A stretch of DNA of 64,000 nt from Octopus bimaculoides (taxonomy: Eukaryota). Positions 49,946 through 63,661 of the stretch are shown here, one piece after another (the stretch's first letter is position 1; each line of letters begins with the position of its first letter). A program made the translations under genes and the position numbers. The DNA lies in the NCBI RefSeq assembly GCF_001194135.2, contig NC_068987.1, forward strand, positions 23,706,150-23,770,149. Direction: 5' to 3'. Below the pieces are notes generated by a model that had not been told where the DNA came from, searched no databases, and worked only from the letters and a program-made list of their open reading frames with translations.

Positions 49946-51825
49946 TCTCCAATTTTTGCATCACCCACCAGATAAGGGATTGGGGGATCCTGTCAAAGGC
50001 TTTCTCCAAGTCCACAAAGGCTAAGTATAGGGGTTTATTTTTAGCTAGGTATTTTTCCTGCGGTTGTTGAACCAGGAATATGGTATCAGTGGTGCTTATA
50101 CCTGGCACAAAACCGAACTGCATCTCATCTAAGCAGACTCTCTCCTTAATGAGATGGGCTATGACCCTCTCTGTGACCTTCATCACCTGATCCAGCAGTT
50201 TGATACCCCTGTAGTTATTTCTATCTAAAGCATNNNNNNNNNNGCAGTTTGATACCCCTGTAGTTATTTCTATCTAAAGCATCACCTTTACCTTTGTAGC
50301 AGTTGACTATGGTGCTGCTACGCCAATCATTGGGTATGACTCCATCATGAACTACCTGGTTTACAATGCAGGTGACTAAGCCAAAGCCCACACCACCAGA
50401 TGTTTCAAGCATCTCAGCAGCGATTCATGATGAGCTTTTCCTGGCTTCATACCCTTAATTGCTTTATCTACCAGGGAGCAGTCTATTCGGATAGCTGGTC
50501 CCTCTACTGGGTCAACATTTGGTAGGCTCTCCTCCTCCCATTCATTTTCCACGTTCAGCAGTCTTTCATAATGGCTTCTCCAAGCCTCTTCCTTTGCAGA
50601 ATCATTAAAAGCAAGTGCACCATCATCCATGCGGATGCATTTCTCTCCTGTGACATCACAATTTTCTCTCACACACTGTCTTGCAATCCAAAATACTTCA
50701 GTTCTTTGGTTCTCACATTGCTGGACATTGGCAAACTTCTTCTTTTCTGCTTCTCCTTTGGCTATGTGTACCTGCCGCCCAGCCTCCCTCTTGGCTACCT
50801 GGTACAGTTTCCTGCTACCCCCACCCTTCCAGGCTTTCCAAGCCTGTTTCTTTGCTCTAATGGCTTTGTCTACTGTACTATTCCACCACCATGTAACTGT
50901 AGGTCTGGAAGGGACTTTGCACCATCTGCAGACTTGGTCTGTGGCACTCAGCAAGCTGTCCTGTAGGAATTTCCAGCTACCTTCTATGTCTGATGTCTGT
51001 AGCTCCTCCTCTCTCTCATCAAATTTCTTGATGAGGATGTCCCTAAATCTCTGACCATGTGAAGGGTTTTTTAGCTTCTAAATCCTTCTGTTTTGGATTG
51101 ATCTGCTTCTTGGTATCCTTCTGGCCTCAAGCCTAAAGTCACTAATGACTAGCCTATGCTGGGGGGTATATTCTTCACCTGGGAGGGTCTTTATATTTAA
51201 GAGCAACCCTGCGTTCCGCTGTCTGGTGAGGATGAAATCAATCTGGCTAGCTGAGTCACCTGATTGATAGGTTATCAAGTGACTGTCTAGTTTCCTGAAG
51301 TTAGTGTTGCAGATTAAAAGGTTACATGCATCACAAAACTCCAGTATCCTAGTTCCCTCATCATTTCAGGAACCAATACCATGGATTCCATGTACACCAG
51401 TAAAGATACCAGATTGCCACCCAACATGCCCATTAAAATCTCCAGCCACAAAGATGAGGTCATTGCCACTTGTCTTTGAGGTAGCCTATAGAAGGGTATC
51501 ATAAAAATGGTCCTTCTGATCGTTTGGTAGGCCCGTTTGTGGGGCGTAGGCAGAGATAATTGTAGCTGTGCTGTTCTGCAGGACTAGCCTGAGCTTAAGC
51601 ACTCTATCGCATACCCTGACAACTTCTATGACTTTATGTACCCATCTCTCTGCAAGGAGTATGCCTACACTCCCCCCCACTCTATCCATGTTACCTTGCC
51701 AGAAGATTTTATACCTATGTGCCTTGCCTGTGAGGACCCTAGCTGAAGCTCCTCTCCATCTTACTTCTTGTATGCAGCATACATCAGCCCATCTCCTTTC
51801 AAGCATCTCTACAATCTGACTAGAC
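49946..51825 (-). mobile_element. RTE LINE middle portion (APE to RT domain 3)
   Basis: IVEMLERRWADVCCIQEVRW, IISAYAPQ, SQIDFIL, WWNSTVDKAI, NNYRGIKL, AFVDLEKAFDRIP; interrupted by stops and frameshifts. Confidence 0.95.
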
Positions 51826-51827
51826 AC

Positions 51828-51875
<48 letters not shown>

Positions 51876-53464
51876 TATATTAAACTGTTTAGATATTAGA
51901 TCTTAAGCTTAGCCATATCATTATCATTATCCTCATTTAACATCTGTTTCCCATGACAAGATTCTATGAACTGCAGACTGCATCAAACTCTGCTATCAGC
52001 TTTGGCTTGGTTTCTATGTCAACCACTTTACAGTATGTACAAGATGCTTTTCTATTATGATACCTGCACGAGAGAGATCCTGGCAACCTCTCTTGTGCTG
52101 ATGATGGGTTTCTTTTAGTTTCTGCCATAGTAAAAGACATTTACACAAGGTACCACATCGTGGAACTGAACCTGAAATCATGTGGGTGTGAAACAAAGTT
52201 CTAAATCAAATAGCCATCCCCATACCTACAAGTGTAGGCATAAGTTTTAAGATAATGTAGGTGTAAATATCGGTGGAATTGGCCACTGGCACAAGAGCAC
52301 AAGGACAACTTCATCTTTATTTCTAGGACATCTGCAAGAGAGATATGAAGTCAATAGATCTGGACATCCTGAGATGGGAGGCAGTTGCAAGTGATTTCCC
52401 ATACTGCTAAGAAGTACTATGCACGGGGATGGAGTGAGGGGGAGAGAAACTGGAACTTGCCACCAAAGAATAGTGCACTTGAAGAAAGGAAAAGTCAGTA
52501 ATGCCCGTGGAGAGCTTCTTTAAATGTAGTTGCTGCATGCAAGTCTGCCACTCCCATGTAGGCCTGTACAGCCACAGCAGACACTGTACCACCATCAACA
52601 GCTGACACAAAATTCTCCAGGTGCATATCCCTGGTCTTTCAAGACTGACGGATGCCTATCTACAGGTATGAATATTGTAAATATGCACTCTGAAGGTAAA
52701 GGTAAATAGTTCAGAAAATTAAAAACTTATTAACAACAATTCATGTTGGATATTCAGCTTTATAAAATACATGTGAGTTATAAATTTTACATTTGTTTTT
52801 CATTGTTCACATGGGAAGGATGTGTAAAAATGATAGTAAGACGTTGTTCTACATCTGGATACCCCTTTTATTCATAACCCTTACATGTTTTTTCTACAAA
52901 ATGTCAGCATAATGTCACCATCTATTTTTTGGCTCAAACAGCTTCATGCAAAGGCAACTAAACCAGGAGATAGAGAACTCTAACAGAAAAGCCTGAGGTA
53001 TGTTGTTCCTTTAGTTTGTGGCAAATAAGTTTCACCTATCTAGTGACAGCATTTCCAAAAAGTGTGGCTAGTCCTACACAAGCGCCTTCATCATTGGAAA
53101 ACAAATCACCTACATACACATATACAAATGTACATACGTATGTATGTATGAATGAATTAATGGTTTTTATTAGAGTTTTATGTAAGTTCTTGAGAGTTCA
53201 AGCTGGTTGTTGTGTATGTATTGAATTCTCTCAATTTCGATGTATGAATGTCTGATGGCCTAGCTGTTAGACAACCCACACATTTAAGAAATGCTGATAA
53301 CAAGTAGTTGGTACAAATGTTTGCCACAAACTCGATGATCAACATAACTGAGGCTTTTCCCTCTCCTGAGTTAGTTGTTTTTCCACAGCTTAAAATCCAA
53401 TCCACCCTAGTAGGCTTATGTGCACCTTGGCACCAAACCAGGAATTTTTAAGTCCTCGCATTTA

Positions 53465-54400
53465 TGTCATCATCATCATCATCGTTTAACGTCCGTTTTC
53501 CATGCTGACATGGGTTGGACGGTTCGACTGGGGTCTGGGAAGCTAGGAGGCTACACCAGGCCTTAATCTGATCTGGAAGTGTTTCTACAGCTGGATGCCC
53601 TTCCTAACACCAACCACTCCGAGAGTGTAGCGGGTGCTTTTTATGTGCTACTGGCACAAGCGGTCAGAGGAGCTGGCATCGACCCCAATCAGATGGCGCT
53701 TTTTATGTGCCACTGGCACAAAAGCCAGTCAAGGGGGCACTGGCATCGGCCACATTCGGATGGTGCTTTTTACATAATACTGGCACAGGGCTCACAACTA
53801 CAATTTCCATTTGATTTGATTTTGATATTGCTGATGTTGATGTACTTGACTCAATAGGTCTCCTCAAGCAAGGCATGTCGCCCTACGATCCAAGGTACTT
53901 TGAGTGGGCGACACTGGTGTGGACTCACTTTATTTGCCAAGTCTTCTCAGTCACAGTGTACCTCCAGAGGTCTCGGTCTTTTGTCATTGCCTCTGTGAGG
54001 CCCAACATTTGAAGGTCATGCTTGACCACCTCATCCCATGTGTATATATATATATATATATATATATCATCATCATCGTTTAACGTCCACTTTTCATGCT
54101 AGCATGGGTTGGACGATTTGACTGAGGACTGGTGAAACCGGATGGCAACACCAGGCTCCAATCTGATTTGGCAGCGATTCTACAGCTGGATGCCCTTGGA
54201 TGCCCTTCCTAACGCCAACCACTCAGAGAGTGTAGTGGGTGCTTTTACGTGTCACCCGCACGAAGGCCAGTCAGGCGGTACTGGCAACGGCCACGCTCAA
54301 AATGGTGCATTTTATGTGCCACTCGCACAAGAGCCAGTCCAGGGGAACTGGCAACGATCTCACTCGAAAATCCTACGAAGGCCAGTCAGGCGGTATCTAA
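53465..54400 (-). mobile_element. Two RTE 3' UTR/tails (53465-54020, 54066-54400)
   Basis: (cat)n-cgtttaacgtcc start and shared UTR core, twice. Confidence 0.85.
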
Positions 54401-54997
54401 TGGAGGATGACATTAGATCTTCAACATTCATGGCCTACATCACGCTACTATACTTCATACACAAGTGTCATGCAAACTATCCTTCAATTTGAGAGAGAAT
54501 TCTTCTGTTGTTTGCAGAAATAATAGTTCCCTGAACTTTTCCCACCCAGCTCTTTCTCTTTACTGTAGCCTCTATCTATCATTTGATACACCCACCTCCT
54601 TTATAGCTTCTTACATCGTTAAGCAGCCATAGCTATCAACTATTGCTAGTGAACCTTCTTAATATTAATTACTCCTGTACGTATGTTATATACAAAGTCC
54701 CCCTTCTTTGGCAGTTAGCCCGCATGAGTTCATAGTTTATCCAAGTTGTACTGAAGGAGATTTCTACCAATTCTTTTCTTGTATTTCGACTATGGTCATT
54801 TCCCAAATAAAGGCAGGGTCGTGTCATCTTTCCTACTTATTAAAACTTTAGGTTGTTAAATTTACTTTGAAACCTTCTGATTCTTTGCGTATACAACATC
54901 AAAATATACACGTAACAATATAATCTATATGCATAGACTAACTCTAATCTCACAACTTCTAATATTATCGTGATATTAACTTTCATATTGAAATGAC

Positions 54998-55005
54998 ACT
55001 TCCTG
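54998..55005. promoter_or_regulatory. ETS-type motif upstream of HM13
   Basis: ACTTCCTG about 130 bp before the ATG in unique sequence. Confidence 0.3.
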
Positions 55006-55135
55006 TGTTGCCAGAAATTAAATATATGTAATCAGTAGTTATCTCCCTTGTTTTCGAAGATCCGCATCGTGGCGTTAGCGTATTGGACGAGATTTAAGTG
55101 AAGTCACACGAGATAGTAAATGACAGAGTGACAAT

Positions 55136-55342
55136 ATGGCAGATACATCATCTGAAACAGCGTCAGTCCTTAATGCAACAAGTGCGGACAATGCAGCCAC
55201 ATCTGGTGCTACTAATGCCACCATGCGTGTACCTGCAACACCTGAGGGAATGGTAGTGGCTTACAGTAGTCTAGTTATCATGGCATTACTACCAATTTTT
55301 ATCGGTTCCTTTCGCTCCGTGAAGCACCATAAGGAACAGAAG
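55136..55342 (+). CDS. HM13: Signal peptide peptidase, coding exon 1
   Basis: PATPEGMVVAYSSLVIMALLPIFIGSFRSVK matches SPP TM1; two N-A-T sequons; AAG|GTACGT donor, phase 0. Confidence 0.95.
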
Positions 55343-58300
55343 GTACGTTCCGTTAAACGACTCAATTTTTTTTCCTGTCCCATTCTTTTTCCGTTTGGAA
55401 ATTGGGTTTTCTTTTTTCCCTTTACTTTTTCTTCTGACCGAGACATTTCATTATCTATGTACGTTTGTTCTTTATCCAAGAAAATAATAATCGGCTTATT
55501 ATATTTTTGCTGTTCGCCTCCAAACCGTACCAAGAACTCCCAGCAAGCTTGCCGGTTGCTGTCCAGATGGCAACCACGTCGGAACGGTCCTTGCTTTATA
55601 CACGATTTCTTAGCCATGCCACTTCGAATGTTGATTTGATATGAATCGAGATTTGTGTAACGTTCATGTTTTTCTTAAAAGATATCTTCGCGTTCCACAC
55701 AGTTGGAAGAATTAGGGAATATTTTGCAGCTACTTCTTCTTCATTATATATTTCCCCGTTTAAACAATTGTGTAAAATTACTCCCCATTAATGTTACAAA
55801 TATGTCTATTGTATACTGCGGATGTGGAACCAGCTGCACTGTGATCTTGATTAGCGTGTAAAGATCGCTTTATGAAATAAATGGCGTATTTTATCTATGT
55901 TGATTTGATATTGAGTGAGGTAAAAATAAAAAAAAAAAAGGATGAAATATCTTTAAAAATCACAGAATACTTCAGTAGCACACATCGAACATACGTGTGC
56001 GCGTGTAGACGGATACGGACATCAACGATTTATTTATTTATTTATTTCTAAATTCAGACGAAAGGAAGAAATATACGAAAAGGTTATTATAGTCAATCGA
56101 TCTTTGAATGATATCTCATTGATCGATTATTCTTCACTTCATCTAAAAATTGGGGTATGAAACACCAATTTGTTCTAGATTGATGTTCGAACTGTCACCC
56201 GTATGTAGATGCTTAGATTTACGTACATATGACATATTACTACCATTTTCCCCATTGTTTTCCTTCCGCGGTGTCCTTACTTGCTCAGTGTTTCTGTTAG
56301 TATATGCATGTGTTCGTACAGAAAATTCCATATTTTTGTAAAATACTGAACTAATTAAATCATCTGAAGTAGAATGGCAGGTAATAAAACTACTACCTAT
56401 ACAACTATGTTGGATTTAATAAGAATCACACAAGGAACAAGGAAAGAGATTGGTTACATTTAGTTAAAAAAAAAAACACTTTACTTATTTCTGTAAACTA
56501 TAAATGAATTCGATAGTACGTCCATCTCTCTCTGTCTGAATAGCTTATTTTTGTTCTGCCCATACTAGCGCATTGTTCCTATCTCACTACGATTTTTATT
56601 TATTAATTTACCATTAAACAGTAAGTACAACAATAGATTGATTTACCGTTAAATGTTATATATGTATATAAAACACATAAGCATGCAGCGGAACTAATAT
56701 CTTTCTAGTCACAGAAAGTAACAGCTGTTTAAGACTTCAATACAAAGACTCAACATATTTTTCATTCTAATTTCTTTTTTTAAAGAAAGGCATGCGTATC
56801 AATGAATCTCATTTTCTCTCTTCTAAACTCTTGCGGCTTTGGTGTTAGATGCCATTTTTTTAAAAAAAGGAACTCATATAACCAGTATTTTTCACACTCC
56901 GCCCCCTCCTTGTTTCCCAAACAAGAAACTACCGAGTTTTAATTCTGATTGAGTTCAAACCGCACGAAGATCCCTCTGAAGACGATAAAATAAATAAATA
57001 ATAATGCGTGGTCGACTATGTCGGAACTTGATTGAAAACGTTTTGTACATCGACGAGAGTTGAGCGGAGTCTCATAGTAGGATCCCCAAAGTTAGGCTTT
57101 TGGCAAAAGTCTATGGGGATTAATGTACTGGATGGTCAAAAAAATAGACATGAACGCTATAAGAACCAATTCTTCCTTGTCCCTGAAACTCCGAAGCGCT
57201 ATAGCAATTGCTGTTTGTGTTCTATGAATTGCGTTCGCATTTTGCGAAATAGATCCCCATCTTCAGTTCTTAAGAATTACAAGTTCGATATATCGACTGT
57301 CATTGGCATGATTTTTAAACTATAATCCCCATATTGAAAAAAGAAAAGAAATTACTCATAAATATTTCTGATTCATGGACATTTGTCTTGTATGAGTGAA
57401 ACATGCTTAACCGTTTCTTCCGGCTCTTTACGTTCTGAGTACATAAACCGCCAAGGTTAACTTTGCGTTTCATCTCTCTCAGGTTGGTGAAATATACCAG
57501 TGAAATATTGGGATCGAGTTAATCGACTAGACCCCCTCACTCAGTTTCCTGGTCTTGTGCCTGTATTAGAAACTATGATTATTATTCCCATATTGTGTAT
57601 GTATATCTAGTACAGTTCCTGTTATCTTCTATATTACACACGTGGAACTGTTCCCATGTATTTTCCGTACTATATCTATTAGCATACGGCTTTTTAAATA
57701 ATTGAAAAAGCGATGTTATCGTCATTATTTTGCTTCCTTTTGACACATTGTCTCTCTCCAATGTGAGACTATATTAAAAGAACAAATTATAGTGCATGCA
57801 CTATTATATTCTAACTTAATTAAACTCGCTAATAGTTTTTGGAAGAGGGGTATCTCCTAACTCTTCGGCCTATACTTTATCACTATATCTTATATTAATT
57901 TAACTGGGGGTTAGGAGGGGGGAATTATGTTCTACCCCCATCCCACTTCTTTGTTGAATTGATTAAATTCAAGTGCGTGTGAGAACCGACTTGCAGATAT
58001 TTACTTATCATTTCCCACCCCCACCTGCATCCCCGTTTGCTTTGTGTCAGTTGTTGGCTGGTTACTTATCTTCAACAGTTCGTGCTCTCGTCAGATTATC
58101 TAACAACAAATTACTGACTCCTATAAACTTATAAGAACTAGTGAATGGTCGACTCGCTTCTAGAACATCGTTATGAAGGTTTTCTTTCATTTACACATTT
58201 TTAGAGATGACGAAAGTGAAAGCTGAGCGGCCATGCTTTCTTTATTTTTGACGTTAATAAAACGAAATGGTTTCTAGTGGCAACACGATGACTATTACAA

Positions 58301-58882
58301 CAATGATGGGAGATACAATTTCCTGTCCCCCACCTGTTATTAAATCTTTTAAAATTGCTATAAGACAGAGAATCGCTTCAACTGTCTTAAATTCTTGAAG
58401 ATGGGTCGTGTAAAAGCTAATTTAGTTTTAATATATTTAACGGGGAAATAATAATTTATACTTTTGGACCAATAGTAGTTTTATTACTACAACATACCAT
58501 TATACAGTGGCTAATTTTTGTTTTCTTTTCCCCCACAAACATCTGCAACTACTTTGAACTTGTTCCAATCTTATTCTAACCGCATCAGCGAAACAGTTAT
58601 TCATTTCCTAAGTGTAATAATGAATAAACTACTAAGCAAATGTCAGTATCGTGTTAATTCTGTTGTTCAATGTTCTGACTCCTTTCTAAATGTTCAAATT
58701 AGTCCAGTTCTCATTTTCAGTTGATTGTTATAAATTTGCAACATTTCACTGCATGCAAACCTGTTAAAAATCCTAACTCTAACCTGGCTAATTGATCTGT
58801 AAGTAATCTGTGTGTGATTTTCTTTTTCTTTCTCTATTTAATTTGATTTGAGCGTTTCTTTTTAAATTAGATTTCATTTCAG

Positions 58883-58981
58883 AAATCTGGTGAGAAACCT
58901 GAGACCATGTCATCTAAAGATGCTGCCATGTTTCCTATCATTGCCAGTTGTGCATTGTTTGGTATATATATGATTTTCAAG
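58883..58981 (+). CDS. HM13: Signal peptide peptidase, coding exon 2
   Basis: tttcatttcag acceptor; KSGEKPETMSSKDAAMFPIIASCALFGIYMIFK; AAG|GTATAT donor. Confidence 0.95.
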
Positions 58982-59016
58982 GTATATAACCTCTTTTACT
59001 TTTGTGTGTAATTTAA

Positions 59017-59230
59017 CTCTTTTAGTGTTTAAGCAGGCCGTATTCAGCCAAAATGTCTTGTGTATCATGTTTAAGTTATCCAGCTCTGACTACTCACACC
59101 AACACTACAATGTCATTCCAAAAATTTAAAAAATTATATTGAAATTTCGAAGCTATGAGATGATGTATAATTAACAACAATGTGAATAAATAAACATTAC
59201 ATTTGATGGAGTAATATTGCTGCTAAAAGG
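59017..59230. mobile_element. piggyBac-like MITE (same family as 36201-36420)
   Basis: TTAA|CTCTTTTAGTG ... GCTAAAAGG|TTAA; internal homology. Confidence 0.75.
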
Positions 59231-59817
59231 TTAATGTCCACACCGTTTTCACATCTACTTTTTCAATATTTGCACGGATTAGACAAAATTTACTGACAGA
59301 TATTTCGACTGTTCAACTGGAAGCCCGTAATGTCACCTACTCTTACCTGTTTCCAAGCAAGTTGATATTTCCTCATGGTCAAACATTTTTTACATGGAAG
59401 ATGGGAAGCAAACAATATCACTTGTATGTTGGTGATGCTTATTTACGACCATCACTTGTCAAGACAAATATATCTATGAATGGCTTCTTTCATGCCTCCT
59501 TTACAAGATTTTGGTATTGCATTCAATGTAAGAACTCAGTATTTCCTTCTTTTTATTATAAATTGTGACTGATTTATTAATATGTAAATAGATTCATTGT
59601 TACACTAGTCTTTTTTACTGCTGATGTTTGTTTTTACATTGTCTTATTAATTCTTAATTAGGATATTTTAAAAATAAATTTATGGTTTGCCATGAAGATG
59701 TCTGTAATTTAAGCAGACAACCATGATGACATTATTTTAAGAGAAACTATTTTATATTTTGAGGAATTATTTTTGGTTGTGCTTCAGTGACAAATTCATA
59801 TATTGCGTGTTTGTGTA

Positions 59818-60900
59818 TCATCATCGTTTAATGTCTGCCTTCCATGTTGGCATGGATGGAATGGTGTGATAGGAGCTGGTTAGGTAGAAGCCTGCACCAG
59901 ACTACTGTGACTTTTGGCAGGATTTTTACAGCTGGATGTCCTTCTGAACACCAACCACCCAGCATACTTAGTGGTTTTTTATGTGGCACAAACACAGACA
60001 AAGTTTCTACAGCTGGATGCCCTACCAAATGCCAACTACTTTACAGTATGAACTGGATACTTTTTTAAGTGGCACCTGCACTGACAGTCACGAAGTAACC
60101 TGCAAAACAAAAATCTTTTGAGAGAGGCGGGGGCATTGGAGGAGGTGATCTTGCGTCAGATGATGAAAGGTTGTAGTGAGAGAGAGAGACAGATATAGGT
60201 GTCTTGCTGTAGAGGAGGTACAAGGTCACTTGGCTTGAGAGAGAGAGAGAGAGAGAGAGAGAAGCATGAGAATTGAGGACAAACAAGTGTGCTGCCGTAA
60301 AGGAGATACATGGTTACCCAACTTGCGGGAAGTGCAGGAAAAGGAGAGAGAGAGGTGGTGGGGGACATCAGGATAGAGATGGTAGCAAAATGCCAGGCAT
60401 ACTCTGAAGGGACAGGGATCAGAATATAAATGAGATGGTCAAGTAAAGGCAGAGAGAGATATAGATGGTTGCAAATGCCAAGGCCTACCCTTGAGGTTCG
60501 AAGGTCATATGTAGCAGGATATTGCCAAAGAAGTGTGATTAGAGAGTGGTGAAGACTTGGGTATATAGGGGGTGGGGGAGCTACAGGATTGGGGAGTGAG
60601 AGGTAGGCATAGTGTGTGAGGGAGAAAATGTGAGAAAGAGATGTAGATGGATTTGTTGGGGTAGGGTGTGTGAAAAGTTTTAAGTGGGTGGAACATACAG
60701 ATCGGGGTGGGGGTGGGGGGTTAGCGGATTGCAATGATACAGTGCTACAGGTCCAAAGGGACAGGATTGGGGAGTGGGAGGTAAGAATAGAGCACGAAGT
60801 GTGTGTTTGATAAGATGTTAGGGGAGGAAGTAATGGGAGAGAAACAATGATAGCAGTATGTTGGTTAGTGGTGAGGAGATTAAATTGACAATTGGCATGA
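59818..60900 (-). mobile_element. Pyrimidine-rich repeat with RTE-type tail
   Basis: (cat) tail at 59818; minus-strand ctcctctacagcaagac at ~60199-60215; long purine-rich + strand body. Confidence 0.6.
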
Positions 60901-61350
60901 ACAGCTAGCAATAAAGGATGGTGGTGAGCACTAGTTGGGTGGTGGTAAGAGTGTGGTGGATTTCAAGGAAGAGGATAAAAATTTTGTCTAGTGGCAGAGA
61001 AGTGGGTGCTCAATATGGCCAGATCAATTATTATCACTCATTACTTAGGCATCATGATAGAATTAGTACTAGAGGGTTGATGGTGGATGGATTGAATATA
61101 GATATATCACTGCCATTTCTCACTACACAAGTGGTATGGTACAGTGAGTAGGATACAGGAGTAACAAAGGGCAGTAGTTGGAGTTTTAACTGGAATAGGG
61201 TTGGCAAGACAGTCTAGACAGACTCTCAACCTCCATGACGACCACCATTATCATTTTAATGATTGCTTTGTTACACTTGCACTGGTAAGCAGATCTTCTC
61301 CAATACTACATGCCACCAGTCTTCAGTCTTCACCACTTTGTCATGTGTCA

Positions 61351-61392
<42 letters not shown>

Positions 61393-61452
61393 TACATACA
61401 TACATACATACATACATACATACACACACACATACATACATACACACATACA

Positions 61453-62286
61453 CAGGGTGCAGTGAATAAATTGTCGTCTAAATTACGTAAAAATGAAAAT
61501 AACACTGACATCTCATTTTAACGGATATATTTACCAAAATTACATAAAAATATCTTGAAATACTAAAGAGTAAAATTATTCAATAAAATCACCATTGGCT
61601 TTCAGCCAAGGCCTCCAGTCGACTTCAGAATCTCCTGCAACTCTTCTGGATGGTTTCCTTGTTTAATCCTTGCCTTCAGTTCATCTTGTTACAAGGAGTT
61701 TTGTTGGTCTCTTGCTCAACTGCACCCCACGCATAATAATCAAGGAGGTTGCACTCTGGGGAGTTAGGTGGCCAGATGTTAGAGGTGATGTGGTCACAGA
61801 AATTGTCTGACAGCCATGACTGGGCTCTCCTGCTTGTGTGGCATGGTGCAGAGTCCTGTTACCAGACATGGGGTCTTCCAGCAGCCACCCTCTTTATCCA
61901 GAGCAGTACTACCTCCTCCAGGCACTTGATGTAGGGCTCCGTGTTGAGTCTGAGGCCATGTGGGAAGATGGAGGCATGTCGTCATCACTAGTGATCACTC
62001 CAAACACCATGGTGTTGACTGAATGTTCAATTTTTATCACTCTCGGTACATGTCCTTAGGTTGCACTGTCCTCAGATTGACACCCAAACACTCTGAAATG
62101 TTCATTTTGGCGTCAGTGCCAAGCAATACAGCATGTCGTTTCCAAATTTCTGGCAGAGTGAATTGTGTCGTATTTTTCTCACAGATGGTGCCCAACTGAC
62201 CTCACTCTACTATATAGTTGACAAAATCAGAAACAATGTGTGAAATTAAAAATATAAAATGGCGACAATTTATCCATTGCACCCTG
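61453..62286 (-). mobile_element. Tc1/mariner maT-type (DD37D) element, internally deleted
   Basis: 26-bp TIRs CAGGGTGCAGTGAATAAATTGTCGTC / CAGGGTGCAATGGATAAATTGTCGCC; QDSAPCHTS...WPPNSPECNLLDYY with 37 residues between the Asp residues. Confidence 0.85.
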
Positions 62287-62399
62287 CATATATGTACATA
62301 TATCACTATACCTGATCAAATTGTGTAGGTAAAACACAATAGAAGCTTGAAAATGGAGTAGTATGATAGGAAAAATTTTTAAGAAAAGCTCAATATTGT

Positions 62400-63070
62400 T
62401 TTTTTATTTCTGTGGAAATATGCAGAAAGAAAATGAATTACCAAGTAGTGCTTTATTCCATTCCTATCTCTCCCATCTTATCCCCTGCCCATACTGATAT
62501 TTCTCATCAAACTGCACTTCCACTCTTGTTCATCATTTGCTGCACTCACCTCAACCCCTATCTCTCCCTTCTGGTACTCTTCCCTCACACTCCTATAACT
62601 ACCCCTATCTCCTGATTCACTGCCTGTATTATCTCTTGCTTCTTGAGGGTTTTACTCTGGCATCTCACCACTACCACCTTACCTTTTTCCCAAATTCTCC
62701 TAACCACTCTTGTATAAATGTTGGATAGCCCTGTATCTTCTCTATATAGCAAGGCACCTCTAATTATCTCTTTCCAATCTCTCAAATACTCCACTACTAC
62801 TTAGTCAAGAGGACCTTTCTCTTTTGACCTGTTTCCCTTTTTCCTGTCCTTTCCACTCTTACAACTTACTTGGCAACTCCACTAGTACTGGTGGCACAGA
62901 AAAAGTACCTAGTACAACCTAGTGGTTGGTGTCAGCTAGAACATCCAGTTGTAGGGACCGTGTGCAAGCTGATATGGAGCACATTGCTTCCTTGTGAATC
63001 GCAGGATCCTGTCAAACTGTCTAAGCCAAGCCCACATGGAAAATGGACATTAAATGACGATGATGATGAT
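62400..63070 (+). mobile_element. Pyrimidine-rich repeat with RTE-type tail
   Basis: CT-rich body, tctctatatagcaaggcacc motif variant at ~62740, ends gacattaaatgacgatgatgat. Confidence 0.55.
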
Positions 63071-63578
63071 AACTATAGAATCAAGTTAAATCAAAAATCC
63101 TAAATTTACTAATTATTTGTTTTTGAAAAAAGATTGCTTGTACCAGAAAAATTTAGAAATGATTAATTCTCAGAGCAGAAAACAACCAAATTTATTTCTC
63201 TGAAATGGGAACTTTTAACAATTTACATTTAGTTGTTGTTACTGGTGGAAAGAGGATGAAGGCCAAGAAAATATCATATAGCACAGTCCAATGAAAAGCT
63301 AGTAAAAGAATAAGAAAAAACTTACTGTTTGGAAATTTTCCAAATCCAGCCTACCTTTAATTAAAGTAGCACTAAAGACCAACATATAGCATTCAGAAAA
63401 TAGCCTTGACAGATACCTTTTTTTTCTATGTGTTACATTTTGTACTAAGTTTGATTTAGGTTATGTAGGCAGATATGGGTCATACCTTAGGGTTATGTCC
63501 TAATGAGTTCTTGTTTAAACTGATCACACCATTTTTGTGATAGTCTGTACTAATTACTTTCTCTCTATTTTCTTGCAG

Positions 63579-63661
63579 GTATTTTCGAAGGAATATATCA
63601 ATTTACTGCTGACAGTCTATTTCTTTGCACTTGGTGTGTTGTCGTTAGCACACATTAATAG
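63579..63661 (+). CDS. HM13: Signal peptide peptidase, coding exon 3 (gene continues beyond the window)
   Basis: ttcttgcag acceptor; VFSKEYINLLLTVYFFALGVLSLAH; AG|GTTTGC phase-2 donor. Confidence 0.95.

Noticed and set aside
50197-50282. ~37-bp duplication across a 10-N gap
   Set aside because: Typical unmerged contig overlap.
50376-50954. 192-aa ORF as an active LINE or domesticated gene
   Set aside because: Flanking frames contain stops and frameshifts, and the element lacks both ends.
55343-55639. 167-aa read-through of HM13 exon 1
   Set aside because: SPP similarity stops at a canonical donor and resumes at 58883.
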